Sequence record: OR757434.1
Length of the DNA: 64,000 nucleotides
Reading direction: 5' to 3' (one strand)
Source of the DNA: Escherichia phage vB-EcoP-XT18
Part shown: positions 48,578 to 57,295 of the stretch, piece after piece
Layout of the letters: every line of letters begins with the position of its first letter
How positions within the stretch are numbered: position 1 is the first letter of the stretch
Made by a program: the position numbers and the translations under genes
Notes under the pieces: model-generated
Databases searched by the model: none
Told to the model about the DNA's origin: nothing
What the model saw: only the letters and a program-made list of their open reading frames with translations

Positions 48578-48578
48578 T

Positions 48579-48776
48579 ATGAATTACACGTCTACAAAGG
48601 TGTTAATTGATTCGATTAATAACACCTCAGAAGCTGTACAGGAGCGTTTAATACAAGATGTAAGCAATGATATTAAGTTCTTTGTTAAACGCCGCCTGTT
48701 AGGTTCTAAGGCTTATTACAGAGCTAAAGCTGAGTTAACTAAGAGAGTGTTTCTCTTACACGGCTTGGTGTATTAA
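48579..48776 (+). CDS. hypothetical small protein
   Basis: ATG with AAGGAG RBS in frame of track ORF 48522..48776. Confidence 0.3.
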   Translation: MNYTSTKVLIDSINNTSEAVQERLIQDVSNDIKFFVKRRLLGSKAYYRAKAELTKRVFLLHGLVY

Positions 48777-48785
48777 GGAACTCGT

Positions 48786-49007
48786 ATGAAATTAGATTCT
48801 AAACAATCCCTTAAAACTGTTGAACTGTCCACACTGCCAAACGGAAGTATTTTTGGTCATGATAAACACTTCTGGATTAAAACAGACTACTTGAACGATG
48901 GGTATATTACCTGCGTCAACCTTTGGAATGGTTCAGTGGATGGCTATCGCCCTAGTGCAAAAGTAGTCCCTCAGCCTGATGCAAAGGCTATAGGTTTAGT
49001 TTATTAA
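48786..49007 (+). CDS. small protein, GDVF-motif paralogue family
   Basis: LPNGSIFGHDKHFWIKTDY. Confidence 0.4.
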   Translation: MKLDSKQSLKTVELSTLPNGSIFGHDKHFWIKTDYLNDGYITCVNLWNGSVDGYRPSAKVVPQPDAKAIGLVY

Positions 49008-49016
49008 GGAGTTTAT

Positions 49017-49190
49017 ATGAGCTGTTTTGGTGGTGGTGAAATAGATGACGATTATGACATGGAATCCAACGGTACATGTCCTGATTGTGGGTGTGAAACA
49101 TTTGATGGAGTGTCAGTATATCCTGCCTGTAGTTATTCACCAGTAGTTTGTAAAACATGTGGAGATCAACCTTGTGATCAGTCCTGTTAA
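49017..49190 (+). CDS. small Cys-rich protein (57 aa)
   Basis: CPDCGCE ... PACS ... CKTCGD ... CDQSC; AAGGAG RBS. Confidence 0.3.
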   Translation: MSCFGGGEIDDDYDMESNGTCPDCGCETFDGVSVYPACSYSPVVCKTCGDQPCDQSC

Positions 49191-49979
49191 GAGGTTTTAT
49201 GACTGAAGAATTTTTAAAGTGGTTTGGAAATACCTTCAAAGAATATCTATTCTCTCCAGAAGACTTTGAAGAGCTGAAAACCTACACTTGGTTGGCTTGG
49301 AGAGATAGCCGACGAGAGATGAATAAGTAATATCGTGAAGGATTCTTACGAGAGTCCTTTGAGATAGGACTTCAGATCTCCTATCAAACTAACATTCACG
49401 TAACTAGCCCATAAGGGCGTTACCCTTTAATAACCCAGCCCACTAAGGGGGCGGGAGTTTAGTGCTGGATTTAGCATAACGCTTATTCCTACAAAGGCAT
49501 CCGATTGTTAGATCTTACATGCAATATTAATTAATAGGATAAGGGAGGATTCGTCCCCTCCCCCTATTTATAAATTATCAGGAGGGTGCATTAGCTGATT
49601 AGCTGTAGAAGGGAGGCTGATATCTACAGCGTGGCCCAGAGTTAGTGTACTCTCCTGATGAGTAGATACCTCATCACGGTAAGCTGTGGAATAATCTTTA
49701 CAGAAGTTACTTAAAGTAGCCTGTACGGCCCTCAGCAAAGAGTCCGGACGATATCTGAGTGACTTTAAAAACAGATGGAGCCAGGTGGAATCCCTGGCAA
49801 TCAATTACAGGTATAGCTTATGAGGCTAATTAATGCAGAGCCTATGGTAAAGCAGTCGCCCGTGGTCAAATGACCGTATGCCCATTGGGTGCATCCCTTT
49901 GGTGATGGCTAGGGAGTCCGAGCGTAGGTCCGAACCCTACACCTGTAACCAAATCAAACAATATCTAATTGGAGGATGT

Positions 49980-50291
49980 ATGAAAGCTCGAAGAACTATA
50001 TGGACTCCGATGCAGATTGAAAATCTTCGGAGACTAATCAAAGAGTACTCTGTTCAAGAGGTTGCTCAGATTATGAATGTAACGGAGAATGCAGTTAATA
50101 CAGCTTGCACTAAGTTTGGTATATCAAGAGCTGCAATCCGAGTCAAGTGGTCTAAAGAAGAAGACCAGTTCCTTATCCGTAATGCTGGGTTCATGTCTAT
50201 TCAGAGAATGGCTGACATGCTCGGTAGAAGCTATGCTGCTGTACAGAACAGGGCATGTATGCACCTTAACATTAGCCTTAAACTTAAATAG
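49980..50291 (+). CDS. small HTH DNA-binding protein (putative transcription regulator)
   Basis: Internal ATG with GGAGG RBS in track ORF 49878..50291; HTH-like VQEVAQIMNVTENAVNTACTKFGIS. Confidence 0.4.
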   Translation: MKARRTIWTPMQIENLRRLIKEYSVQEVAQIMNVTENAVNTACTKFGISRAAIRVKWSKEEDQFLIRNAGFMSIQRMADMLGRSYAAVQNRACMHLNISLKLK

Positions 50292-50299
50292 GAATCAAT

Positions 50300-50485
50300 A
50301 TGAAAGTTAACGAGTTAAATAGAACTACCAAGACTGTGAAACTCCATACTCTGAAGAAGGGTGATACATTCCGTTTAGAGGAGAATGGACCAATCCACAT
50401 GGTCTGCACTGCGGCATCTACTAATTGGGTGGAAGTTGCACGAGATCGAGTAGTGTGTGTGTCAGGCTGGAAGATGGTAATCTGA
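50300..50485 (+). CDS. small protein, GDVF-motif paralogue family
   Basis: LKKGDTFRLEENG. Confidence 0.35.
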   Translation: MKVNELNRTTKTVKLHTLKKGDTFRLEENGPIHMVCTAASTNWVEVARDRVVCVSGWKMVI

Positions 50486-50552
50486 GTGGTCCGGTCGAGG
50501 GGATTCCTGTTATCCCTGTTAAAGTTGAAGCTAACGTTATTAAGGGTTCTAA

Positions 50553-50798
50553 ATGAAGATCATCCCAAAGATTAAAGATAACACTGTTTCATTGGCTACA
50601 ATTATTCCCGGAAACCCTTTCGTAGTTCAAAGAGGAACAGCATCCCCTCAGTATTACATCCGTGTCAATAATGTGTCCAACAAAATCTCTGTCGAAGAAG
50701 GTTGGATTACTATAGTCAATCTTCTTACTGGTGTATTAGGTGTTATGAAAAGTGATGCCCCAGTTGAAGTGATTCGTATGTCAGTGGTTCAGGAGTAG
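50553..50798 (+). CDS. small protein, GDVF-motif paralogue family
   Basis: IIPGNPFVVQRG. Confidence 0.35.
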   Translation: MKIIPKIKDNTVSLATIIPGNPFVVQRGTASPQYYIRVNNVSNKISVEEGWITIVNLLTGVLGVMKSDAPVEVIRMSVVQE

Positions 50799-50803
50799 TG
50801 TAG

Positions 50804-51046
50804 ATGAGCACAATACATATCAAGGTCCATCACAAAGAAGAAAAGAAACTCTTTGTTAAAGATCTATCAATCGCTGATATCTTTACTTTAAAAGAAGATG
50901 ATAATCAGGTCATCTATTTGATGATGCCTGTGACTGAAGGGTATCGAAGGGCTGTTTGTTTGGGTACAGGTGTACCTCGTCCTGTTGCTGATACCCTTGA
51001 AGTTGGTGAGAAGTTTAGTAAGGCTGAAATTATCTTAACTTCGTAG
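50804..51046 (+). CDS. small protein, GDVF-motif paralogue family
   Basis: LSIADIFTLKEDD. Confidence 0.35.
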   Translation: MSTIHIKVHHKEEKKLFVKDLSIADIFTLKEDDNQVIYLMMPVTEGYRRAVCLGTGVPRPVADTLEVGEKFSKAEIILTS

Positions 51047-51276
51047 GAAAACAAATGAGACGTAAAGCATATTCTTATGACGATATGATTAACCAGAAAG
51101 GCTTCGGTCAACGACAGCCTGACGGTTCAATTATCTGGTTCGTAAACGGGCAGAAAAAGGTAGCTAAATAAGCCTTCTTCTCTCCTCCTTTTAGTACTAT
51201 GACGCCTCTCTGTGGGCGGACCAATTTGCGTAGGGAATTCCCTCTACGCAGCCATAATTTTTAAGGAATTTCCCCT

Positions 51277-51510
51277 ATGTCTAAAGTAAGCGCAATTGAT
51301 GCAATCCGTCAACCGTTCCAGTTCCAATCCAAATCAACCCAAACCTTCAGCGAACCTAAGCAAATTCGCTTGGGTGGCACAGAGAAGACTGTGTTCGATC
51401 TGGCTAAAAATAAAAGTGTTACCGTAGTTGATGGTGGCACTCTGGTTAACGTTTCCCATCGTATCCGCACTGGCAAAACTGCCAAAGATCGTGCTAAGAA
51501 AGGTGAGTAA
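51277..51510 (+). CDS. hypothetical small basic protein
   Basis: ORF with RBS. Confidence 0.3.
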   Translation: MSKVSAIDAIRQPFQFQSKSTQTFSEPKQIRLGGTEKTVFDLAKNKSVTVVDGGTLVNVSHRIRTGKTAKDRAKKGE

Positions 51511-51752
51511 TGAAAATAGGGAAACCAGCTAAGGATGCTCTATCGAAGATTAGTGATGTCTCTATTGGGGAAGTTTTCTCAGCAGAGCACTTTTCAAGTT
51601 ACTACATGAAAATCCCTGACACTAAAGTAGAGGGTTACATCATTCCTGCCAACGCAGTTAACCTGAACACAGGCCATCTGTCTGCATTCAAACCTGATTC
51701 ACAGGTTACTGAGATCAAGGATGCCTATCTCGCCTTTGGTGGGGATAAGTAG
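51510..51752 (+). CDS. small protein, GDVF-motif paralogue family
   Basis: VSIGEVFSAEHF. Confidence 0.35.
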   Translation: MKIGKPAKDALSKISDVSIGEVFSAEHFSSYYMKIPDTKVEGYIIPANAVNLNTGHLSAFKPDSQVTEIKDAYLAFGGDK

Positions 51753-52140
51753 AGTGACATTTATAGCCTTCCCTCCGGAGGGCTATGTGAGTCATTCTGA
51801 CTCAACTAACCTAATCTTAATATATTTCCCGTATGGGGCCGATGCTAGGGCGAGGAATATTCCTCAAACATCCGTCGGATAGATATTTTAAGAGCAGGTT
51901 ATCCACAGATATTGGGTAATATCTTTTTGGATTTAAAGCTTGGCTCTTTTCGGAGAGTCCTTTTTTAAATTCAACGAGAGGAAATATGTCTAAATTAGAT
52001 TTAAAACTGCTAGCAGCAGCGGTAGTGATTTGTGCACTAGCACTGGTAACGCAGAGAACATCTGGATTTATTCAGTGTTTCTTTTCTGGGCAATCCACTT
52101 ATCAGTGGGTTATTGACGAGTGTAAACAACAGGAGTAAGT

Positions 52141-52503
52141 ATGAATACACGTCCCATTAAGGGCAACGTTAATATTGAAACTCTGAACAAGGTTGCATCA
52201 AATCTCGGTGGAATGTCCAACGAGGATCTTGAGCAAGAACTTGCTTGGATTGCAAATGGTATCAAAGTTGCTAAAGGTAAGATTGCTCGTGAGCAAAGCA
52301 ACATGAAAGCTCACAAGTATATCATCCGTCGTGCAAATACGTTACCAGAGCGGGTTGTACATCTTGCCCGTAAAAACTACGAAGATGCAAAGAAAGCTAT
52401 GGAAGAAGCTACTTTCCAGAAGCACCAATTTATGAACAACTACAGAAACTTCCGAGATATTCTTTATATCCGTAAGTCAATTGAGTTGATTAAAAACCAA
52501 TAG
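52141..52503 (+). CDS. hypothetical protein
   Basis: First sizeable gene after intergenic element; helical, basic. Confidence 0.3.
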   Translation: MNTRPIKGNVNIETLNKVASNLGGMSNEDLEQELAWIANGIKVAKGKIAREQSNMKAHKYIIRRANTLPERVVHLARKNYEDAKKAMEEATFQKHQFMNNYRNFRDILYIRKSIELIKNQ

Positions 52504-52514
52504 AGGTTGGTATA

Positions 52515-53708
52515 ATGTTTCCAGTAACATTAGAAGATACTGAAGGTAATGTTTTAACGGTCCACCCTCCTTGTTATGGGTTCCTTCAGCTTCGCAACTA
52601 TAATGGTGGCGTTGATGAAGATGATTACGAAGATGAATACTTCGACCCTAACATGTATGAGGCAACTCATGGGTGGAATATGCACGTTCGAGTGTGGCAT
52701 GAAGAGGCTAACGTTCGTAGTGCTGATGGGGAAGAGTTCCTGCTAAGCCGAGAGATGGATATGTGTAAAATCAAGCATATCTGGAACTCCGGAACTCACA
52801 TGAAGATGTTAGGTTTTAGACGATGGCGTGATGAAAAACCTGTATCCGCAGATTTAGGTTGGGGTGCAATTGATCACGAAGGCGAGCTTAAAAATAACAT
52901 TGAGCACTGGAATGATAAAAACCCTGAGTATCAAACCTCACCTCGTGCTGTACTGGAAGCTATGGAAGCATTTGTGGACAAAGATCGTCCCTCCTGTTTA
53001 CGCTGGCACGAAAAAGGTTTTATGGGTGTAGCAACTGAGAATGTTCCTGCTGATCGTTGTCTGTTCTATTTAATGTTAGATCGAACCTTCTATTGTGATG
53101 ATGAAGAGAGTCAAGTTGAAACCTTCCTTCATAAATGGTTGGTTGAAGGATGGACAATTCTTCAGGCTTACGTTTACTCACGAATGGTTAGCACTTACAC
53201 TAACCTCTTGGGTGAAACGAAAGCTACTCTGGTTGGTAATGATTGGGATGCTTGTATCTTCCCAGCGTCGTTGTTTACGGTTGGTATGGCTGATAAATAT
53301 GCTGAAGCATTTCAAGTGCCTTGGCGTCAACAGTCGTATAGGGATGGGTGTGGTCACTTCCGTGATGAAGATTTTAAGTGGATTCGTTATGAGAATGATG
53401 AAACAGCAGAATTACGAGTTAATAATTCGATGTTCTTGCCGGTGATGCACCCTGATTTAGTAGAGAGCGAATCAGAAATCCTGAAATGTGACAACCTTCT
53501 GATCAACTTTACTCGTCGCGTGTCTAAAAATGAGAGAACATCTAACAGGTTAATCTACGGCATTCGTGCTGAGGCTAAAGATCTGTTCAACATCTACAAC
53601 ATTGTTCAGCGATTTAGTAGTGGGATTCTGGACCAAAGTTCGGAGTATTCAGTGATTCCATCCTCTGAGTGGGATGGTGTTATGAGCGGATTATTTTTAG
53701 GAAAATAA
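52515..53708 (+). CDS. hypothetical protein, component of amidoligase cluster
   Basis: 397 aa, translationally coupled to cluster; no motif recognised. Confidence 0.35.
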   Translation: MFPVTLEDTEGNVLTVHPPCYGFLQLRNYNGGVDEDDYEDEYFDPNMYEATHGWNMHVRVWHEEANVRSADGEEFLLSREMDMCKIKHIWNSGTHMKMLGFRRWRDEKPVSADLGWGAIDHEGELKNNIEHWNDKNPEYQTSPRAVLEAMEAFVDKDRPSCLRWHEKGFMGVATENVPADRCLFYLMLDRTFYCDDEESQVETFLHKWLVEGWTILQAYVYSRMVSTYTNLLGETKATLVGNDWDACIFPASLFTVGMADKYAEAFQVPWRQQSYRDGCGHFRDEDFKWIRYENDETAELRVNNSMFLPVMHPDLVESESEILKCDNLLINFTRRVSKNERTSNRLIYGIRAEAKDLFNIYNIVQRFSSGILDQSSEYSVIPSSEWDGVMSGLFLGK

Positions 53709-53718
53709 AAGGTTAGTT

Positions 53719-54690
53719 ATGTCAATCTCCACAACGATCGTACCTCTGAATCTTCAACAAGATTTAGGGGAACAGAAGTTCTTAGGTCGTGGGTGCTTCG
53801 GTATCCACAACTATATGCAAGGCCAGTGTGTAAATGATATTAATGGTGAAGTTATCACTGAAGAGGGGCGTTATAGACGCTTCAACCGTGATATCAACTT
53901 GCAATTGGAGATGTTGAATTACTGGACTCACTCTTTTCACGGTCATGTTCCATCTGAAATTGAAAAGAACTTGGTTGAAACAGCAGACATTATGAACTCT
54001 ATGTCTTGCTATCGTGATGTATTTACAATCACTTCAGCGAATAGTGTAGCTGTCAACCTCCGTGAGCATCCAGCAGATCAAATCTTCACAGGACTTATGC
54101 TTTTCCGTAGTATTCTGGAAGGGCAGTATCGTGGAATGGATTTCCTAGCAGAAGGAATTGAAGACAGGGAAGAGTGGCTGAAGCGTAAACGCATCGGCAT
54201 CGCTCTAGTGTTAGCTGGGTTGGGTCGTGACTTCTTCGGTGGGTGGTCTCAACGAGGAAGAGCCAATGGGAGTAGCGAGAGCACCTCTATTGTTATTAAT
54301 AACAATATGTCAGCAGCAGCATTCCTTCCTTTGGTTGTAGACTCTGATGAATACACGAAGCAAGTATGGGTTCAAAACCCCTTCGGTGTTGGTGACAATG
54401 AGAATGGTTATGTTCGTAACCACAACCAAGATGCCTTACGAAGATTTGCTCGTGCTAAAGATCAAGACCCGGACGAGTATGAAACAATGTCAGAGTGGTT
54501 AAGACTCTGGTCCAACTGTCATGGTCACAAACGTGAAGCAATAGACAATAAGTTGGAAAACATTACAGTACAAAACTTTACAGCCCGACTAATTCAGCGT
54601 ACTGGCCTAAGCTCTGGCCTTACTATTGAAGAAGTTGGTAACACAATCTCATCTCTCTTTTCTGAACTAGTGGAGTATTACAATGACTAA
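53719..54690 (+). CDS. hypothetical protein, component of amidoligase cluster
   Basis: 323 aa; overlaps start of next gene. Confidence 0.35.
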   Translation: MSISTTIVPLNLQQDLGEQKFLGRGCFGIHNYMQGQCVNDINGEVITEEGRYRRFNRDINLQLEMLNYWTHSFHGHVPSEIEKNLVETADIMNSMSCYRDVFTITSANSVAVNLREHPADQIFTGLMLFRSILEGQYRGMDFLAEGIEDREEWLKRKRIGIALVLAGLGRDFFGGWSQRGRANGSSESTSIVINNNMSAAAFLPLVVDSDEYTKQVWVQNPFGVGDNENGYVRNHNQDALRRFARAKDQDPDEYETMSEWLRLWSNCHGHKREAIDNKLENITVQNFTARLIQRTGLSSGLTIEEVGNTISSLFSELVEYYND

Positions 54691-55489
54691 GCGCAAATTC
54701 CTTATTGGGAGCGATCCCGAGATGTTCGTTCGTACCAGCAATGGCATCATCACCTCTGTGGCTGGTCTGTTAGGCTGTTCTAAGGACGATAAGATCACTC
54801 TGGCTAAGGATGTTCGTCTTCAAGAGGACAACGTACTGGCTGAGTTTGATATTGACCCACAGAGCGGCTTTGAAGCGTTTAACGACAACATGCAACGTGG
54901 TATCGATCTCACCAACAATGTCCTGAACAAACTGGACATGGAAACAGCTCCGGGTGTTAGCTCTCACATCTTCACTGAAGAAGAGATGAAGACTTTCAAT
55001 GAATCAGCGTTCATCTTCGGGTGTACTCCTGATTTCAACGCTTTCACTGGTCAGAAGAATCCATCCCCGACTTCTCAGAATAAAGGGCTTCGTACTGCCG
55101 GTGGTCACGTACATCTCGGCGTAGTTGGTGCTTTGGATATCACTCTGCAAACTCAGATGATGCTGGGTGTGCTGTGTGACTACTTCCTGTCCCTCCCAGC
55201 AGTTATTATGGATAAAGACACTCGCCGTAAAGAACTGTACGGCAAAGCATCTGCAATCCGTTATAAAGACTATGGTATTGAATACCGTTCACTGTCTAAT
55301 TTCTGGATTAGCGATCGTGAAAACCGTAAGTTTGTTTACGATCAGGTTGACAAGGTTGTTCAGCAGTGTGATATGTCCACTCTGATGGCATTGCACTCTC
55401 GCCTTCCGATTGAGAAGCTTCATGAAATCATTAACGGCAACAACGTTAAAGAAGCGGACCAGCAGATCAAACTCCTTCAGGTAGCATAA
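54683..55489 (+). CDS. glutamine-synthetase-like amidoligase (paralogue 1)
   Basis: Ordered motif triad IGSDPEMF ... GGHVHLG ... GIEYRSL parallel to 56113..57216. Confidence 0.4.
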   Translation: MTKRKFLIGSDPEMFVRTSNGIITSVAGLLGCSKDDKITLAKDVRLQEDNVLAEFDIDPQSGFEAFNDNMQRGIDLTNNVLNKLDMETAPGVSSHIFTEEEMKTFNESAFIFGCTPDFNAFTGQKNPSPTSQNKGLRTAGGHVHLGVVGALDITLQTQMMLGVLCDYFLSLPAVIMDKDTRRKELYGKASAIRYKDYGIEYRSLSNFWISDRENRKFVYDQVDKVVQQCDMSTLMALHSRLPIEKLHEIINGNNVKEADQQIKLLQVA

Positions 55490-55498
55490 GAGGTTATC

Positions 55499-56116
55499 GT
55501 GAGCTTAGTAGCTGATTTTTCTCATTACTATAATGGTACATGGATTGCTAAACGAGCAGGTAATATCAACCTTCCGTGTTTTGTGATTGGTGTTGAGCAG
55601 AGCGGTAACTTCCGCAGTGATGACTTCTCTCACGAAGCAGAACAGGCTCTGTACTTTGTTGTAGAGCAGTGGTACAAGAACGAGCAAGGGAATCTTCGAA
55701 ACACTGTGATGAACATTCCAGTGTTCGACCCAACCTTGATTCTTGAATCACCTGATGTTGGTTATCTGTTCCATAATGGTAACACTGTAAGCTGGACTCA
55801 TATTAACCCTGTTCGTCAGAGAGCAAAGGGTTTGATGGGTAACAAGATTCGAAATGCTCCGGGTGTTGGTCGTGCTATCTCCGGGGAGATGGTTTACAGT
55901 CTGTTCAATCCTGAATTCGAAGGATTGGTCACTCGTTATATTTACATCAACCCTACTGATGGTAAGGTGCATTATAAAGGTGCACTGGTAGGACAAGTAG
56001 ATCTGGAAGCGCCTCGTGACTCTTACGGTCAGCAACCGATGCGACTTCTGGAACACTTTCATCACATTTCTGAAAACCTTAGCAATTACAATATTACGTT
56101 GGTGGATTCGTTATGA
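55499..56116 (+). CDS. hypothetical protein, component of amidoligase cluster
   Basis: 205 aa; overlapping start/stop with neighbours. Confidence 0.3.
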   Translation: MSLVADFSHYYNGTWIAKRAGNINLPCFVIGVEQSGNFRSDDFSHEAEQALYFVVEQWYKNEQGNLRNTVMNIPVFDPTLILESPDVGYLFHNGNTVSWTHINPVRQRAKGLMGNKIRNAPGVGRAISGEMVYSLFNPEFEGLVTRYIYINPTDGKVHYKGALVGQVDLEAPRDSYGQQPMRLLEHFHHISENLSNYNITLVDSL

Positions 56117-57216
56117 CAACTGTAGCGCAAACTTTTGGATATCGAGAAGGTCGTTTAACTGAGGCGCATAGTTCAATTGCACTTCAGTGCGGTGTCGGTA
56201 TTGAACTTGAACTCGAAGGTTCCGATCATATCGAAGCAGATATGTGGGATTGTACAGAGGATGGTTCCCTGCGTAATGGTTGTGAAATGGTATGTTCACG
56301 ACCTTACAACGGACAGGAGTTGTTAGACGCTATCAACAACCTGAGTGAAGCAGTAGCTGAATCGCACGCCGAGGGGACTTGGCGTTGCTCTACTCACGTT
56401 CATATGGATATGAGGGATGCTGATAGTAATATCCTCAAGAAAACCATTCTCGCTTGGACCTTCTATGAAAAGATGTTGTTCAAGTGTTCAGGCTACCATC
56501 GTTACCGTAGCAACTTCTGCCCTGCTTTCGCAGTGGTACAAGCACAGGTAATGAATGCCTCTGACGCATTTAACTACGACGATGAAGAGTTCTTCAACCG
56601 TCTGGTTCGTTCATGGGATAAATATACATCTCTGAACCTTCTGCCACTTGCCCAATACGGTTCGATCGAGTTCCGTATCAGTGAGCCTAAGTGGAAACGT
56701 GGTCAACTTCTCAATCTGGTTAACCGCTTCTTGATGTTGAAGAAGCTTGCATTAGATAACGCAGAGATGAGCAATGATCAGTTTATTGATCATTTAAATA
56801 CTGTACGATTTGCCCCAATGCTTCCTTACCTTCCTCTGGATTATAATCTGGACGAATCGGATTTGCATTCAGGCTATTGTATGGCCCGTGATGTTTTGTA
56901 CTGTCGTTCTCATGAAGTAGAACAGTCTGGTCGTATTCGTTTACGTCGAACCAACTCCAACGGAGAAGTTCTTGTTGACCTACGTCATATCTCAGACTTC
57001 TACGGATTCCTTGGATATGTCCGAGGGAACGCTAACAACTTGTACCAAGAGATTCTGGTTATGCTTCGTACAACTGATCTATCTACTGTACGATCTGCAC
57101 CAGAGCAACGTATCCGTGCTATTTTTGACTTGCTACGTGAGTCAGGTCACAGTGATAACAACATCACAGGGTACATTCCAGATCATCTGGAAAATCAGTT
57201 AGAGCAAGCGCTGTAA
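56113..57216 (+). CDS. glutamine-synthetase-like amidoligase (Amidoligase_2-type, paralogue 2)
   Basis: GIELELEG ... EDGSLRNGCEMV ... STHVHMD ... GSIEFRISE motif set. Confidence 0.5.
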   Translation: MTTVAQTFGYREGRLTEAHSSIALQCGVGIELELEGSDHIEADMWDCTEDGSLRNGCEMVCSRPYNGQELLDAINNLSEAVAESHAEGTWRCSTHVHMDMRDADSNILKKTILAWTFYEKMLFKCSGYHRYRSNFCPAFAVVQAQVMNASDAFNYDDEEFFNRLVRSWDKYTSLNLLPLAQYGSIEFRISEPKWKRGQLLNLVNRFLMLKKLALDNAEMSNDQFIDHLNTVRFAPMLPYLPLDYNLDESDLHSGYCMARDVLYCRSHEVEQSGRIRLRRTNSNGEVLVDLRHISDFYGFLGYVRGNANNLYQEILVMLRTTDLSTVRSAPEQRIRAIFDLLRESGHSDNNITGYIPDHLENQLEQAL

Positions 57217-57295
57217 TCAATGGGTGCCTCTGACAAAGGGGCACAATTTAAAGGTTAATTAGATGAAAGGGTTTACCCTTCAGGTGGATTAGAAA

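Noticed and set aside
49811-49952. tRNA-like 3' end (ggtccgaaccctacacctgtaacca) with complementary tacaggt about 130 nt upstream
   Set aside because: The T-loop lacks the near-invariant U55 (TCCGAAC), the candidate acceptor arms are too far apart, and no D or anticodon arms could be folded; treated as coincidence or a degenerate remnant.
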